From Bacillota bacterium (lineage in GTDB: Bacteria > Bacillota > Bacilli > Bacillales > Amphibacillaceae), in NCBI GenBank assembly GCA_036377675.1, contig DASUXY010000026.1:5444-69443 (forward strand): a stretch of DNA of 64,000 nt. The letters are read 5' to 3'. Below, piece by piece: positions 49,406 to 59,721 of this stretch. Numbering within the stretch: position 1 is the first letter of the stretch; every line of letters starts with the position of its first letter. The notes beneath the pieces are model-generated. The model saw only the letters and a list, made by a program, of their open reading frames with translations, did not search any database and was not told the DNA's origin. The position numbers and the translations under genes are program-made.

Positions 49406-49441
49406 GCGACTACGAACAACTATGAGCTCTGTCCAATATGT

Positions 49442-49481
49442 AAAAATCCAAAACATCGATTGATCCATGTTTTGGATTTTT
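49442..49481 (+). terminator. Terminator after the acyl-CoA synthetase gene
   Basis: AAAAATCCAAAACAT-cgattgatcc-ATGTTTTGGATTTTT. Confidence 0.75.
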
Positions 49482-49754
49482 GCTGCTCATTTTTCACTCC
49501 AATTGCCCTTTTAGACCGTTCCTTTTGATTATGCTAGCAATCATAACTTTCCGTCTTCGGTGCTCCTTCACAACCCTTTATTAAACAAATCATTCATTAT
49601 TTTTTCGGCCGTTTCTTCTCTTTCAATAGCGCCTACTCCTTGCCTGGCCCATAACGATTGGGCGTCTGTTATTCCTCGTTCCTTACTAGCTCTGCCCGTT
49701 ACTACGATGCACGTACGGACATCTTTTAAAATATATTTTACATAGAACGAAGGA

Positions 49755-50726
49755 TTAACTCATTAAAGAGGTTAATAATGCTTTTTGGGCGTGTAATCTG
49801 TTCTCTGCCTGTTGGAAGACGACGGACTGTTCACCATCGATCACTTCTGCGGTAACTTCCACTCCTCTTTGAGCAGGTAAACAGTGCATGAAAATCGCCT
49901 GTGGTCGAGCTTGAGAAAGAAGTTTTTGATTCACTTGAAAGTCGGTAAATGCTTTCTCTCGTTCCTCTTGCTCTGCTTCTTGCCCCATACTCGTCCACAC
50001 ATCGGTATAGACGACATCTGCTTCTTGTACCGCTTCTTCTGGGCTTGTCGTCTGTGTTATGCGACCACCATAACTATCAGCAATTTGTAACGCCTTGTTG
50101 ACAATGTCAGGATGAGGAGAAAATTGCTCTGGTGTTGCTACACAAATATCCATTCCCATCATCGCCGCGCCAATCATTAAGGAATGTGACATATTGTTTC
50201 CATCACCAATATAAGCCATTTTTACACCCATGAGTGAACCTTTCTGTTCTCGAATCGTTTGTAAATCGGCAAGTACTTGACATGGGTGAAATAAATCCGT
50301 TAATCCATTGATGACTGGAATCGAAGCGTGTTCAGCAAGTTCCTCGACATCGCATTGTGAAAATGTTCGAATCATAATGCTATCTAAATAGGTGGATAGT
50401 ACTTTTGCCGTATCCGCAATCGTTTCTCCACGACCGAGTTGAATATCATCAGTGCTGAGGAAAATGGCATGTCCTCCGAGCTGATACATACCTGTTTCAA
50501 AGGAAATCCGTGTTCTTGTTGATGGCTTTTCAAAAATCATCCCGAGCACTTTACCCTTTAATGGTTGGACGATGTGACCAAGTTTCTGTTTTCGCTTCAA
50601 GTGTGCGGCAAGTTCTAACAAATCATTCAGTTCATTTGATGTATAATCAGCAAGTGTTAAAAAATCCCTACCCGCTAAAGAATCATTGACACTCATTTTT
50701 TCAAGACTTACTTCCATTGTTGACAT
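49755..50726 (-). CDS. argF: Ornithine carbamoyltransferase
   Basis: FEKPSTRTRISFE, ...HPCQVLADL..., and HCLPAQRGVEVT (the HCLP motif). AAAGGAG sits 5 nt before the ATG. Confidence 0.9.
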   Translation of the reverse strand: MSTMEVSLEKMSVNDSLAGRDFLTLADYTSNELNDLLELAAHLKRKQKLGHIVQPLKGKVLGMIFEKPSTRTRISFETGMYQLGGHAIFLSTDDIQLGRGETIADTAKVLSTYLDSIMIRTFSQCDVEELAEHASIPVINGLTDLFHPCQVLADLQTIREQKGSLMGVKMAYIGDGNNMSHSLMIGAAMMGMDICVATPEQFSPHPDIVNKALQIADSYGGRITQTTSPEEAVQEADVVYTDVWTSMGQEAEQEEREKAFTDFQVNQKLLSQARPQAIFMHCLPAQRGVEVTAEVIDGEQSVVFQQAENRLHAQKALLTSLMS

Positions 50727-51673
50727 ACACGCTCCTTTTCTTTTGCAAAATCTTTTTTCCGTTTTATTAAACCATTTCCGATGAACGAACAGATGTTTGA
50801 ATAAAATTACTTAAAACTGTACTTCATTCATGCCTTAACGACACTCTCTAAATACATCATGAAAGACTAACAACGATTGGCTTTTTACCGGATATAACAC
50901 CATTTCGTCTCACTAACGATAGCTTAAAAACTTCGAAGGGGACGCCTTCGATCGACGAAACAGGCGACAAAATATGCGTTGCGTTGAAAAATAATCTTTA
51001 GGCTTCGTTTACGTGTATCGTTTTAATGATCAACATATAAAGCATTTTCCTGTATGATTAAAAAGAGCATCTCTCCGTTCTTGTCCCGTTTTATTATACG
51101 CAAACGATAACTTTTTACTGATGCTCCATCCCATTCGAGTACCTACATCGATTCGCAATTTCGAAAATGCTGAAAAACATCGTCCATATGCTCCATAAAT
51201 GAAGTTCAGCAGTTAACGAGTACTTCACACGACCGAAGCGTATGCCTCTTGTGATGGATTGAGGCCATCGATAAACATTCAACGACAGCATTACATTACA
51301 ATCACTTAATGCCATCTAAACAAAGCAAACCATCTCATTGCTCGATGAAATCTATTCATTTGTAAAAAAGGCTAACAATGTTTCAAAAAGGAGATAAACG
51401 ATAGACAGTCATAAACAAAGTAACTGTTTGTATGCATCGTTCGCCAACTCCTTCATTATTTTTATAATCCTCTTTGCATTATTATGCAATACAATGAATA
51501 TTAATTCAACCCTTTTACATATATATTTTAATTTTTTTAAGAATTGATGGAGTTTGCTGGATCAATGGCTGTTTTAATTACGTTTTACTCGTTCGCGTGC
51601 CATTACAAACCTACGAATTTTTGACTCTTCGTTACTTTAAAAGATATGCCAACCTCTATTATAAAGGCAGACG

Positions 51674-52003
51674 TTACGAAATTTGCGTTCCGTTTTCTAC
51701 CTTCTCATCCACGTTGAGTAAAACAACATCTCCTTTACCAACTATGCCTCCTAATATGAGAACTTCTGATTTGAAGTGAGCAATTTGCATCGGTGGAAAG
51801 TTAACGACAGCTACTACTTGACGTCCGATTAAATTCTCTCGTTTATACCGTTTCGTAATTTGTGCAGAAGACTGCTTCGTCCCTAACTCTCCAAAATCAA
51901 TCGTTAATTGAAGCGCTGGCTTTCTCGCTTCCGGAAAAGGCTGAACGTCAATAACCGTTCCAATTCGCATGTCCAGTTTTTTAAAGTCATTTAACGTTGC
52001 CAT
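51674..52003 (-). CDS. csaA: tRNA-binding-domain chaperone CsaA
   Basis: ...FKKLDMRIGTVIDVQPFPEARKPALQLTIDFGELGTKQSSAQIT... is typical of CsaA. GAGGAGG sits 8 nt before the ATG. Confidence 0.8.
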   Translation of the reverse strand: MATLNDFKKLDMRIGTVIDVQPFPEARKPALQLTIDFGELGTKQSSAQITKRYKRENLIGRQVVAVVNFPPMQIAHFKSEVLILGGIVGKGDVVLLNVDEKVENGTQIS

Positions 52004-52166
52004 CTACGTAGCCTCCTCTTTTTTTATTACATTGAATTATAACAGAGTCATCATTATAGGAAAAGCGGTTTCTTTGCCTCTTTTTAGTTGAAAATAATGT
52101 AAAAACATCCAGTAGATGGAGTAGAATCATTCCATCTACTGGAAAGGAAAGATGAACTTCGTTACA

Positions 52167-55100
52167 TTAAATATTTAACAGTTGTCGAACGTCTTCTTCA
52201 CTTAAGCTCGAAAGCATCGTTTCGCCAGGTTGAATAACTTGGTCGATTAATTCACGTTTTTTCTGTTGCAGTTCATAAATCTTTTCTTCAATCGTTCCTT
52301 CGGCAATTAAGCGAATCACTTGAACGACATTTTTTTGCCCAAAGCGATGGGCACGCCCAGCGGCTTGATCTTCTACTGCTGGATTCCACCACAAGTCATA
52401 AAGAATAACGGTGTCTGCTCCCGTGAGATTCAGTCCAGTGCCACCCGCTTTCAAAGAAATTAAGAAAACATCTTTCTCACCATGGTTAAAGCGTTCACTC
52501 ATGTCTAATCGATCTTGAGAATTTATTTGTCCATGCAAGTAAAAGTATGGAATCTCTTGTTGTTGTAATTTTTCAATGATTAACTTATGCATACTTGTAA
52601 ACTGTGAAAAGATAAGCATACGACTACCATTTGCTCGGGCACGGTGAATGATTTCCATAAGTTGTTCGAGTTTACCAGATGCCCCGGAGTAATTTTCAAT
52701 AAATAATGACGGATGACAACAAATTTGTCGCAGGCGGGTCAGACCCGCTAATATTTTCATACGATTTTGGTGAAAGCCACTCTCCTTAATTGACTGAGCA
52801 GTTTCTTGTTGCAATTGTCGTAAATATCCGAGGTATAACTCTTTTTGTTCATTCGTCAGTTCGGATCCATGAACTGATTCAATCTTTTCGGGCAGTTCTG
52901 TCAACACATCCTTCTTCAGACGACGTAAAATAAACGGCCGTGTCATCATGCGAATCTTATCACGATCTAACTTCCTAAACGCTTTCAAATTCGGCATTAA
53001 CCCCGGTAAGATGACTTGAAAGATCGACCACAATTCATCGATTGAATTTTCAATTGGCGTTCCACTTAATGCAAAACGACGGGATGCTTGAATACTACGG
53101 ACAACCTGCGATGTTTTCGTAGTATAGTTTTTAATATATTGGGCTTCATCTAAAATTAATGTTTGAAACGAAATGTCTCGGTAATATTCAATGTCTTGTC
53201 TTAAGGTCGCATAAGAGGTAATCCATACATCGATATTTGTCTGCATGGCGTGACGAATCTTTTTGTGACGCTCACTTGCTAAACCCGTTAAAGTAGCTAC
53301 TGTCAATGAAGGTGCAAACTTAGAAAACTCATTTTTCCAATTATAAACGACCGACGACGGGACAACAATTAAATGTGCACGATCCCTTCGCTCAGAAGTA
53401 ATGTATGCGATGCTTTGCAATGTTTTCCCTAAACCCATATCATCCGCTAAAATCCCACCTAAGTGGTATTCACTTAGCGATTTAAACCATTGATAGCCAG
53501 TAACTTGATAGTTGCGTAAATCCGCATGAAGGCTTTCGGGAAGTGCATACGTCTGCTCTTCGGGTGACTGTAAATGATGTAATAACTTTTGAAACGATGC
53601 GTCATAGTTCTTTTTTGTTTCGATGAGGTCATCGACTTGCAACCCCCTGTAGGCAGGCATGTAGACAGTTCCGTTGTCAAAATCATCCTTATTTATTTCT
53701 AAATCGATCATCAATTGGTGAATCGACGATATTTCTTCTCCTTCTAATGGGAGTAACGCCCCACTCTTTAGACGATAGTATCGTCTTTTCTCGATGACGG
53801 CATGTAAAATATGTTGCACCTCTTCATCATCGATCCCCTCAATATCAAAGCCAACTTCAAGAAGATTTGTCGTCGAATTCATTCGGACATTCGTCTGTGA
53901 CACAAATTTATCATCGACGATCATGCTTTGCAAATCCTCTGTTAGGAAAAGCTCCACACACTCATCAAGCAATGGTAAGACCGTATAAAAAAAGTTAAAT
54001 AATTCGTCATCATTTTCGAACTGAATATATAATTCTTTCCCGTTGTAGTGAAAATTTGCATGTTCAATGAGACGCATAATTTCTTGTTCCTTTGCAACAT
54101 CACGAATGATGATGACGTCACTTGACTTGCGCTCAGAAAATGGATCGATAACTTCGTGGCCGTAATGATATTGTAATGTACCAACAATCGTCCCCTCGTT
54201 CCATTGTAAATAAAACTTCGCTCGCAGTGGAACTTGAATAATTTCCTCTTGAATATGTTCAGAAATAGAAACATCCCCGACTTTTTCTAAGGATGGAAGC
54301 ACTTCGGAAATGAATACATCAGCTTGGCTTTTTCTAATTGGAAATATATTGCCGATCAGTCCAAACTGCATCACTTGTTCAACAATCGGGATATGCTCTT
54401 TTTTTGGAAAATAAAAAGTCCCATCACTATACAACACCCGATAGGGGGATAAATACATCATTTGTGAAAGATTGTGATGAGTGAGGAGAAGATCATCGTA
54501 CTCGTTTTTTGATAACGAATATTGAAGTGGCATCACATCCATTTCAATCGATATTTGTTGCTCATTTTCTCCAAGGCCAGCACCGGACATGAACTTTCGT
54601 TCGGCGAGCTTTTGCAATAAACGACGAGCGATAAGTGGTGGAATGAGCAAATACCTTTTTTCATCCAAATTACTTCTGAATGAAGGATGACGATTTCGTT
54701 TATAGATTTGTTCGTTACGTAAAACATCATAGAGAATTTCTAATATTTCCATGTCTTGCGAAAGAATATAGTGACGCTCCGGTATATAGCTAAATTTTTT
54801 CGTGAAAAAATGCTCTTGATTTAAAAAGATATTTTCTAAAAATTGAAACAGATCTTTTACGACATAGCTACGCTTCACACCGGCTTTTAAATCAAGCCAT
54901 AAATATTCATCCGAAGTGACGTGACAATGATACTCCACATAAAGGGGGATTTTTTTTGGTAATATCGATGATGAATGATGTGGTTGAATCGATGTCATCG
55001 CACGAATAAACTCGTCCGCCTGTTCATAGTTCGGACGTGTGAGCGACTTACCGCCAGCGGTTTGTTCTCTATTTTTTATAGCAATTAATACGGCAGCAAT

Positions 55101-55349
55101 ATGTTTACACGGACCCTTTGTATCGTATGCTGGACAATCACAATACGCATCAATCGATCCTTGCGATAGATAGCTCGTATTAATTTCTACAAAATAGTGT
55201 TCAGACCCATGTACTAGTGCTGTCCAAACATGATAATTGATGTCGTATACAAGATCGATGATTCGATTTTGTTTATAATATTTTAATCCACGTTGATAGA
55301 CGATTGGCGGAAAAATTTGTTGAATATTAACATCGCGCAAATTCCTCAA
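52167..55349 (-). CDS. SNF2-family helicase/translocase with an N-terminal SWIM zinc finger (YwqA-like)
   Basis: SWIM motif: CDCPAYDTKGPCKHIAAV. SNF2 motifs: LRNYQVTGYQWF, ILADDMGLGKTLQ, LILDEAQYIKN, and the helicase-C region ...LLISLKAGGTGLNLTGADTVILYDLWWNPAVEDQAAGRAHRFGQ. The TTG start is uncertain. Confidence 0.85.
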   Translation of the reverse strand: MRNLRDVNIQQIFPPIVYQRGLKYYKQNRIIDLVYDINYHVWTALVHGSEHYFVEINTSYLSQGSIDAYCDCPAYDTKGPCKHIAAVLIAIKNREQTAGGKSLTRPNYEQADEFIRAMTSIQPHHSSSILPKKIPLYVEYHCHVTSDEYLWLDLKAGVKRSYVVKDLFQFLENIFLNQEHFFTKKFSYIPERHYILSQDMEILEILYDVLRNEQIYKRNRHPSFRSNLDEKRYLLIPPLIARRLLQKLAERKFMSGAGLGENEQQISIEMDVMPLQYSLSKNEYDDLLLTHHNLSQMMYLSPYRVLYSDGTFYFPKKEHIPIVEQVMQFGLIGNIFPIRKSQADVFISEVLPSLEKVGDVSISEHIQEEIIQVPLRAKFYLQWNEGTIVGTLQYHYGHEVIDPFSERKSSDVIIIRDVAKEQEIMRLIEHANFHYNGKELYIQFENDDELFNFFYTVLPLLDECVELFLTEDLQSMIVDDKFVSQTNVRMNSTTNLLEVGFDIEGIDDEEVQHILHAVIEKRRYYRLKSGALLPLEGEEISSIHQLMIDLEINKDDFDNGTVYMPAYRGLQVDDLIETKKNYDASFQKLLHHLQSPEEQTYALPESLHADLRNYQVTGYQWFKSLSEYHLGGILADDMGLGKTLQSIAYITSERRDRAHLIVVPSSVVYNWKNEFSKFAPSLTVATLTGLASERHKKIRHAMQTNIDVWITSYATLRQDIEYYRDISFQTLILDEAQYIKNYTTKTSQVVRSIQASRRFALSGTPIENSIDELWSIFQVILPGLMPNLKAFRKLDRDKIRMMTRPFILRRLKKDVLTELPEKIESVHGSELTNEQKELYLGYLRQLQQETAQSIKESGFHQNRMKILAGLTRLRQICCHPSLFIENYSGASGKLEQLMEIIHRARANGSRMLIFSQFTSMHKLIIEKLQQQEIPYFYLHGQINSQDRLDMSERFNHGEKDVFLISLKAGGTGLNLTGADTVILYDLWWNPAVEDQAAGRAHRFGQKNVVQVIRLIAEGTIEEKIYELQQKKRELIDQVIQPGETMLSSLSEEDVRQLLNI

Positions 55350-55614
55350 GATTTTTTGTACCTGCCTTTTTTATAACCTTTTCTATTATTGTAAACGAGA
55401 TATCGAAGATTGAAAACAGTTGTTCCTTATGTTACGTTGACAACCTTAAAAAATATCCGTATTGTCGTTTATCTGTCAATTCCGTTTCATAAACCATTTA
55501 GTGAATCACCCTTTTGGATAAATAAATGATTGTAACAATCACCCGTAGAAATCGCTTACGAAAGCTTGTGTATAAACGAGCTTCTCAACAGAGACCCAAT
55601 GGCCAAAGCCTCGC

Positions 55615-56829
55615 TCAACATGTGTCCGAACAGCGTTTCTCCATTCGTTTAGCCCGGATGAGTAAGTAGACATATAAAGTCATCGACAACAACACAGAAC
55701 CAGCTGATGTTAAATAAATCGACGTATATCCAAACGTATTCGCCAACTGGCCGAAAGCGATTGCTCCTACGCCAATTCCTAAATCGAAAAAGGAGAAGAA
55801 AGTAGCATTGGCCATGCCTTTGCGATTCGCTGGAGCTCTTTCAACAGACCACGCTTGAAGAGCCGGCTGAACAGTCCCGAACCCAAGACCGTATGCGGCC
55901 GCTGCAACGAGTAACATGGACGTGCTTGGGAGCCAAGCTAACAAAACCATCGCTATAAAAATAAATAACGTCCCTGGAAGGAATACGTATTCATGCCCTT
56001 TTCGATCATAAATTCGACCAGCAAACGTTCGCGAAATCATTAAAGAAATCGCATACACTAGAAAATAAGTTTCAATTCCTGTTACCCCTTTTTCAATCGT
56101 ATGAATCGGTAAAAATGTAGCAATTCCACCAAACGTCACCGTTAAAAAGAACAACAATAAGGAAGGATGCAAGGCTGTTTTTTCAAAAAAATCAAACTTC
56201 ATCGGCACTGTTTTATTAGGAGATTGTTCGACTCGTTTATATCGGATGACTGATGATAACAGTAATGCTATAAGTCCAAGACTAGCACTGATTAAAAATA
56301 ATTGTGAAAAAGAAATGACTCCAACTAACGTCAACCCTAACGAAGGGCCAAAAGCTAGCGCAAGATTGCCGGACAATCCAAAATATCCCATCCCTTCTGC
56401 ACGTCGATGAGGTGGGATTAAATCTGTCGCAATTGTTCCCGTCGCAGTTGTCGAAAAGCCCCAACCAATCCCTTGGACGATTCGCATAACGAACAAAAAA
56501 GTGATACTCGCGATAAACGCATACGCACCAACAGAAATAACGAACACTGTTAGTCCGAACATATAGACGAGGCGGCGGCCTTTCGTTTCCAATGAATGCC
56601 CTGCATAGGGACGAAAGAGTAATGCTGAAAAAGTAAATATACCGACAATAACACCGATGAGTTGATCACTTCCACCGAGTTCCTTTACAAATAAGGGTAA
56701 GGTCGGTAATGTCATTTGAAACCCTAAAAAAATAAAAAAATTAGCAAAAACAATTAATGTAAAATCACGTGTCCAAATTTTATCCTGTCTAGGCTTCGTT
56801 TGCGCCTGCACCTGCGATTGTGGTTGCAT
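55615..56829 (-). CDS. MFS transporter (12 TM)
   Basis: ...RDFTLIVFANFFIFLGFQMTLPTLPLFV...RPYAGHSLETKGRR... The start is moved to ATG 56829, 5 nt after AAAGGGGGA. Confidence 0.8.
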   Translation of the reverse strand: MQPQSQVQAQTKPRQDKIWTRDFTLIVFANFFIFLGFQMTLPTLPLFVKELGGSDQLIGVIVGIFTFSALLFRPYAGHSLETKGRRLVYMFGLTVFVISVGAYAFIASITFLFVMRIVQGIGWGFSTTATGTIATDLIPPHRRAEGMGYFGLSGNLALAFGPSLGLTLVGVISFSQLFLISASLGLIALLLSSVIRYKRVEQSPNKTVPMKFDFFEKTALHPSLLLFFLTVTFGGIATFLPIHTIEKGVTGIETYFLVYAISLMISRTFAGRIYDRKGHEYVFLPGTLFIFIAMVLLAWLPSTSMLLVAAAAYGLGFGTVQPALQAWSVERAPANRKGMANATFFSFFDLGIGVGAIAFGQLANTFGYTSIYLTSAGSVLLSMTLYVYLLIRAKRMEKRCSDTC

Positions 56830-57025
56830 AGACGTCCCCCTTTTTCTATCATTTGATAGATAACTCATGTCATCTCGCTATCTATTCGTTTGAATATTGA
56901 ATCGATTTACTATTCATTATAAATGGACGTTCTTCATAATACAATGGATGATGATGTTGTCTACCTTTTCGCTTTAAATAAAAGGGCCTCTAGTGAGTCA
57001 ACAATCCTCACATGCGAATCACCAC

Positions 57026-57060
57026 AAAAATGAAGAGCCCGAGAATATTCTCGGGTCTCT
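57026..57060 (-). terminator. Terminator after the sodC-like gene
   Basis: The minus strand reads GAGACCCGAGAA-tat-TTCTCGGGCTC (1-nt bulge) + TTCATTTTT. Confidence 0.6.
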
Positions 57061-57068
57061 CATCTTAC

Positions 57069-57668
57069 TTATTTACCAATAACTCCGCAAGCAATTCGCT
57101 CACCTGCATCCCCTGCTGGTTGTGATTCGTAATCATCGGCTTCTGAATGGATGATGATCGCAGTTCCACCATTGTCAAGCAATGAATGTTCTTTTCCTTC
57201 CTCTAGCGTTACCCGTTCATTGATAAATTCGACTTTGACCATTCCACTCCGAGCAACTTCTATATTCGGTAGATCACCCGCATGCGGACCTTCGAGTTCG
57301 TTAAAACCGTGTGCTGAACCGGTTGGATTAAAATGACCACCAGCCGATTCAAAATCCGGTAACTCACATACTCCTTTCTCATGAATATGAAAGCCGTGTG
57401 AGCCTGGGGGCAAATCCGTAGCGTCTAACGTCATTTTCACACCATGAACGAGTTGTTCCATGAAAACGGTCCCCACCTTTTTACCGTCTGTATTAATTAA
57501 GGTAACCGTTACACCTTCAGCTTCTCCACCCTTTATGCTCGATGCTGCAACCCCTCGTTCTTCGGTCGATTTTTGTTCACCTTCTTCACTATGATCATTC
57601 ATACACGCACTTAGCGAAACGACGCATAGAAGTAAAAGCAGTAGCAACAGCAAATGTCTTTTGTTCAA
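57069..57668 (-). CDS. sodC: Cu/Zn-superoxide-dismutase-family lipoprotein (YojM/SodC-like)
   Basis: The lipobox is SLSAC, after a poly-Leu signal. Family motifs are GFHIHEKGVCE, GGHFNP, HAGDLPN and AIIIHSEADD...GERIACGVI. The TTG start lies after GGAGGGA. Confidence 0.85.
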   Translation of the reverse strand: MNKRHLLLLLLLLLCVVSLSACMNDHSEEGEQKSTEERGVAASSIKGGEAEGVTVTLINTDGKKVGTVFMEQLVHGVKMTLDATDLPPGSHGFHIHEKGVCELPDFESAGGHFNPTGSAHGFNELEGPHAGDLPNIEVARSGMVKVEFINERVTLEEGKEHSLLDNGGTAIIIHSEADDYESQPAGDAGERIACGVIGK

Positions 57669-57749
57669 TACGATCCCTCCAAATCTTCCTTGCTATTATT
57701 TACAATTTGGAAAGGGATTAAACGTATTTTACTTCTATGGAAGTCCAAG

Positions 57750-58319
57750 TCAAATCATTGCCAAGATCGATTGGACATGCTTCTTGACAAGACGTGCTTT
57801 TTCATCATCAGACAAAACGTGAAACGCAGTCTCATGAGGAAACATAATGTAACTTAAAAGGATACCGCCAATCGCACGTGCCAAATGTTCCGTATTCACT
57901 TGCCGACCAATACATTCAAAATGGGCAGCCAATCCTGTTTGTAAGCTTGTAAAAATAATAACTGGAAAGTTAACATCATCTGTTAAATTTCCTCGCAAAC
58001 TTTCAGAAATGAGCATTTTAATTAAATCTTTATGTTTAGATAAAACATCCAATCTATTTTCAATAATATAGATGAGGAATGTTTCGGTATCTTCCTCTTT
58101 AGCATACTTCATCACATCCGATGCAAATTTCTTTTCCAAGGCATTTTTAATGACCGTTATAAACAAATTTTTTTTCGTTGAAAACTTTCGATACAACGTA
58201 ACCTCAGCTACATCTGCTTCTTTAGCGATGTCCATCGTTGTCGCTTGTAACCCTTTTTCAATAAAGGCACTAAGGGCAGCCTTCATAATTTGCTCTGTTT
58301 TATCACGCACAATTTTCAC
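57750..58319 (-). CDS. TetR/AcrR-family transcriptional regulator (last gene of the MMPL operon)
   Basis: The N-terminal HTH reads IMKAALSAFIEKGLQATTMDIAKEADVAEVTLYRKFSTKKNLF. The start may be GTG 58310, after AGAGGTGA. Confidence 0.85.
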   Translation of the reverse strand: MKIVRDKTEQIMKAALSAFIEKGLQATTMDIAKEADVAEVTLYRKFSTKKNLFITVIKNALEKKFASDVMKYAKEEDTETFLIYIIENRLDVLSKHKDLIKMLISESLRGNLTDDVNFPVIIFTSLQTGLAAHFECIGRQVNTEHLARAIGGILLSYIMFPHETAFHVLSDDEKARLVKKHVQSILAMI

Positions 58320-58323
58320 CTCT

Positions 58324-59721
58324 TCAGCTCGTATGCTTTATTTTGACAAATCGGTCGAAAAGAATCAAGATCGCTGGCATAACAACTATTGTTGAAAATA
58401 ATGCGAACGTAATATTGATCAACGTCATCAGCCCAAAATTATTTAAAATGACAAAATCCGAGGCAAGTAAGGCGCAAAATCCACCAATCGTTGTTAAAGC
58501 GGAGACAACAATCGCTTGACCGATTTTTTGGTTGGCGACGCGAATCGCAACGTTGGCACCACGGCCTTTCTCTCGCTCTTCAAAATATCGTTCCATAATC
58601 AATACGGTAAATTCAGTTCCAATACCGATGATGAGAGCCCCTAGGGTTGCAGTCAACGGCGTATAATCCATCTCCAAAAAGTACATGGCGAGCCCTGACC
58701 AGCCGACAATTAAAATGATCGGAAGTAAAGGAATAAACGCTTTAACTGGATGACGGTAGATGACTAACAATCCTAAAAATACGAGCCCCATTCCGAGCAG
58801 TGTCATTTGATATCTCCCACTTGACAGTCCTTCAATCATTTCGACATCAAGAACCGCTTTCCCAGTAATCGATGTCGTCATGCGATCTAAAGATTCACGT
58901 TGTAAAAATTGGTCTAAATCGGTGATAAAATCTTGTAATCGTTCCGTTTCTAGATGCTTCATGCCAACGGTAATAACACCTTTTTTTCCCTCTTCATTCA
59001 TAAACATTTTTAATTGTTCCTCGGGGATATCCGCCATAAAATCGTCAACGTCTTCTTCATTTGGTAACTTATGGTCATTCATCAACCTAAGCATACTTGA
59101 CAATGATTTTGTTTCTACAACAACGTCGGGAAATTCCTCTTCAATCGCACCAGTCACATCGTCCAACCAAGTAATCGTTTTGTACGAAGTCATATCCTCC
59201 CCCTCGTATACGATGGAAATTTGATCCGTCGTCCCAACGATATCCCGCAATTTATGAATATCCTTTAACGCCTGTGTATCTTGGGGCATAAATGTTTCGA
59301 CATCCGTCTCCACTCCTGCATCGACATCGAGCCAAATGCCAATCGCTGCTGCTGTAAACGCCACGACAATAATCACCCATCGAAGGGAAATAATGGTATC
59401 AGTCAAACGGGATAACAGTCGACTTGGCTTTTTACGTTTCTTTTTTTCGTTACCTTGCTTGTTCACATGATCTATTGTAAAAAAGGAATCCCTACTAAAC
59501 AACAGCGGAATTAACAAAAATATTCCTAAAATAAAACTGACAATAATCCCGATCGTTAACATTTTACCAAAGTCTTGAATCATCGGCACAGGTGAAGTAT
59601 ATAGGGCTACAAAACCGAGGGCTGTAGCAATTAATGCCGTCCCGACAGCAGGAACCATTTTCGAAATCGTTTTGAATAGACCCTTCTTCGCCCTCTGTTG
59701 CTTATTTTTTTCGTCATGCAT
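58324..59721 (-). CDS. MMPL/RND-superfamily transporter, C-terminal piece (TM5-6, second ectodomain, TM bundle 2)
   Basis: It begins in the cytoplasmic loop of the first TM bundle (...AVGTALIATALGFVALYTSP.PMIQDFG...). It contains a full second bundle (...IGIGTEFTVLIMERYFEERE...ALTTIGGFCALLASDF...). It overlaps the upstream piece by 8 nt, and GGAGGAGGA sits 6 nt before its ATG. Confidence 0.7.
   Translation of the reverse strand: MHDEKNKQQRAKKGLFKTISKMVPAVGTALIATALGFVALYTSPVPMIQDFGKMLTIGIIVSFILGIFLLIPLLFSRDSFFTIDHVNKQGNEKKKRKKPSRLLSRLTDTIISLRWVIIVVAFTAAAIGIWLDVDAGVETDVETFMPQDTQALKDIHKLRDIVGTTDQISIVYEGEDMTSYKTITWLDDVTGAIEEEFPDVVVETKSLSSMLRLMNDHKLPNEEDVDDFMADIPEEQLKMFMNEEGKKGVITVGMKHLETERLQDFITDLDQFLQRESLDRMTTSITGKAVLDVEMIEGLSSGRYQMTLLGMGLVFLGLLVIYRHPVKAFIPLLPIILIVGWSGLAMYFLEMDYTPLTATLGALIIGIGTEFTVLIMERYFEEREKGRGANVAIRVANQKIGQAIVVSALTTIGGFCALLASDFVILNNFGLMTLINITFALFSTIVVMPAILILFDRFVKIKHTS

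Noticed and set aside
49568-49770. A roughly 60-codon open frame on the minus strand with no start codon (…KDVRTCIVVTGRASKERGITDAQSLWARQGVGAIEREETAEKIMNDLFNKGL*), just downstream of argF. It could be the C-terminal remnant of a gene.
   Set aside because: No start or SD is present. An open frame of this length can arise by chance, and I cannot assign a family without a search. A tblastn would settle it.
51115-51315. A 66-aa minus-strand ORF in the csaA-argF gap, considered as a possible transposase or gene remnant.
   Set aside because: It has no SD, I recognise no family motif in any frame, and neighbouring frames are full of stops. It is kept only as part of the gap finding.
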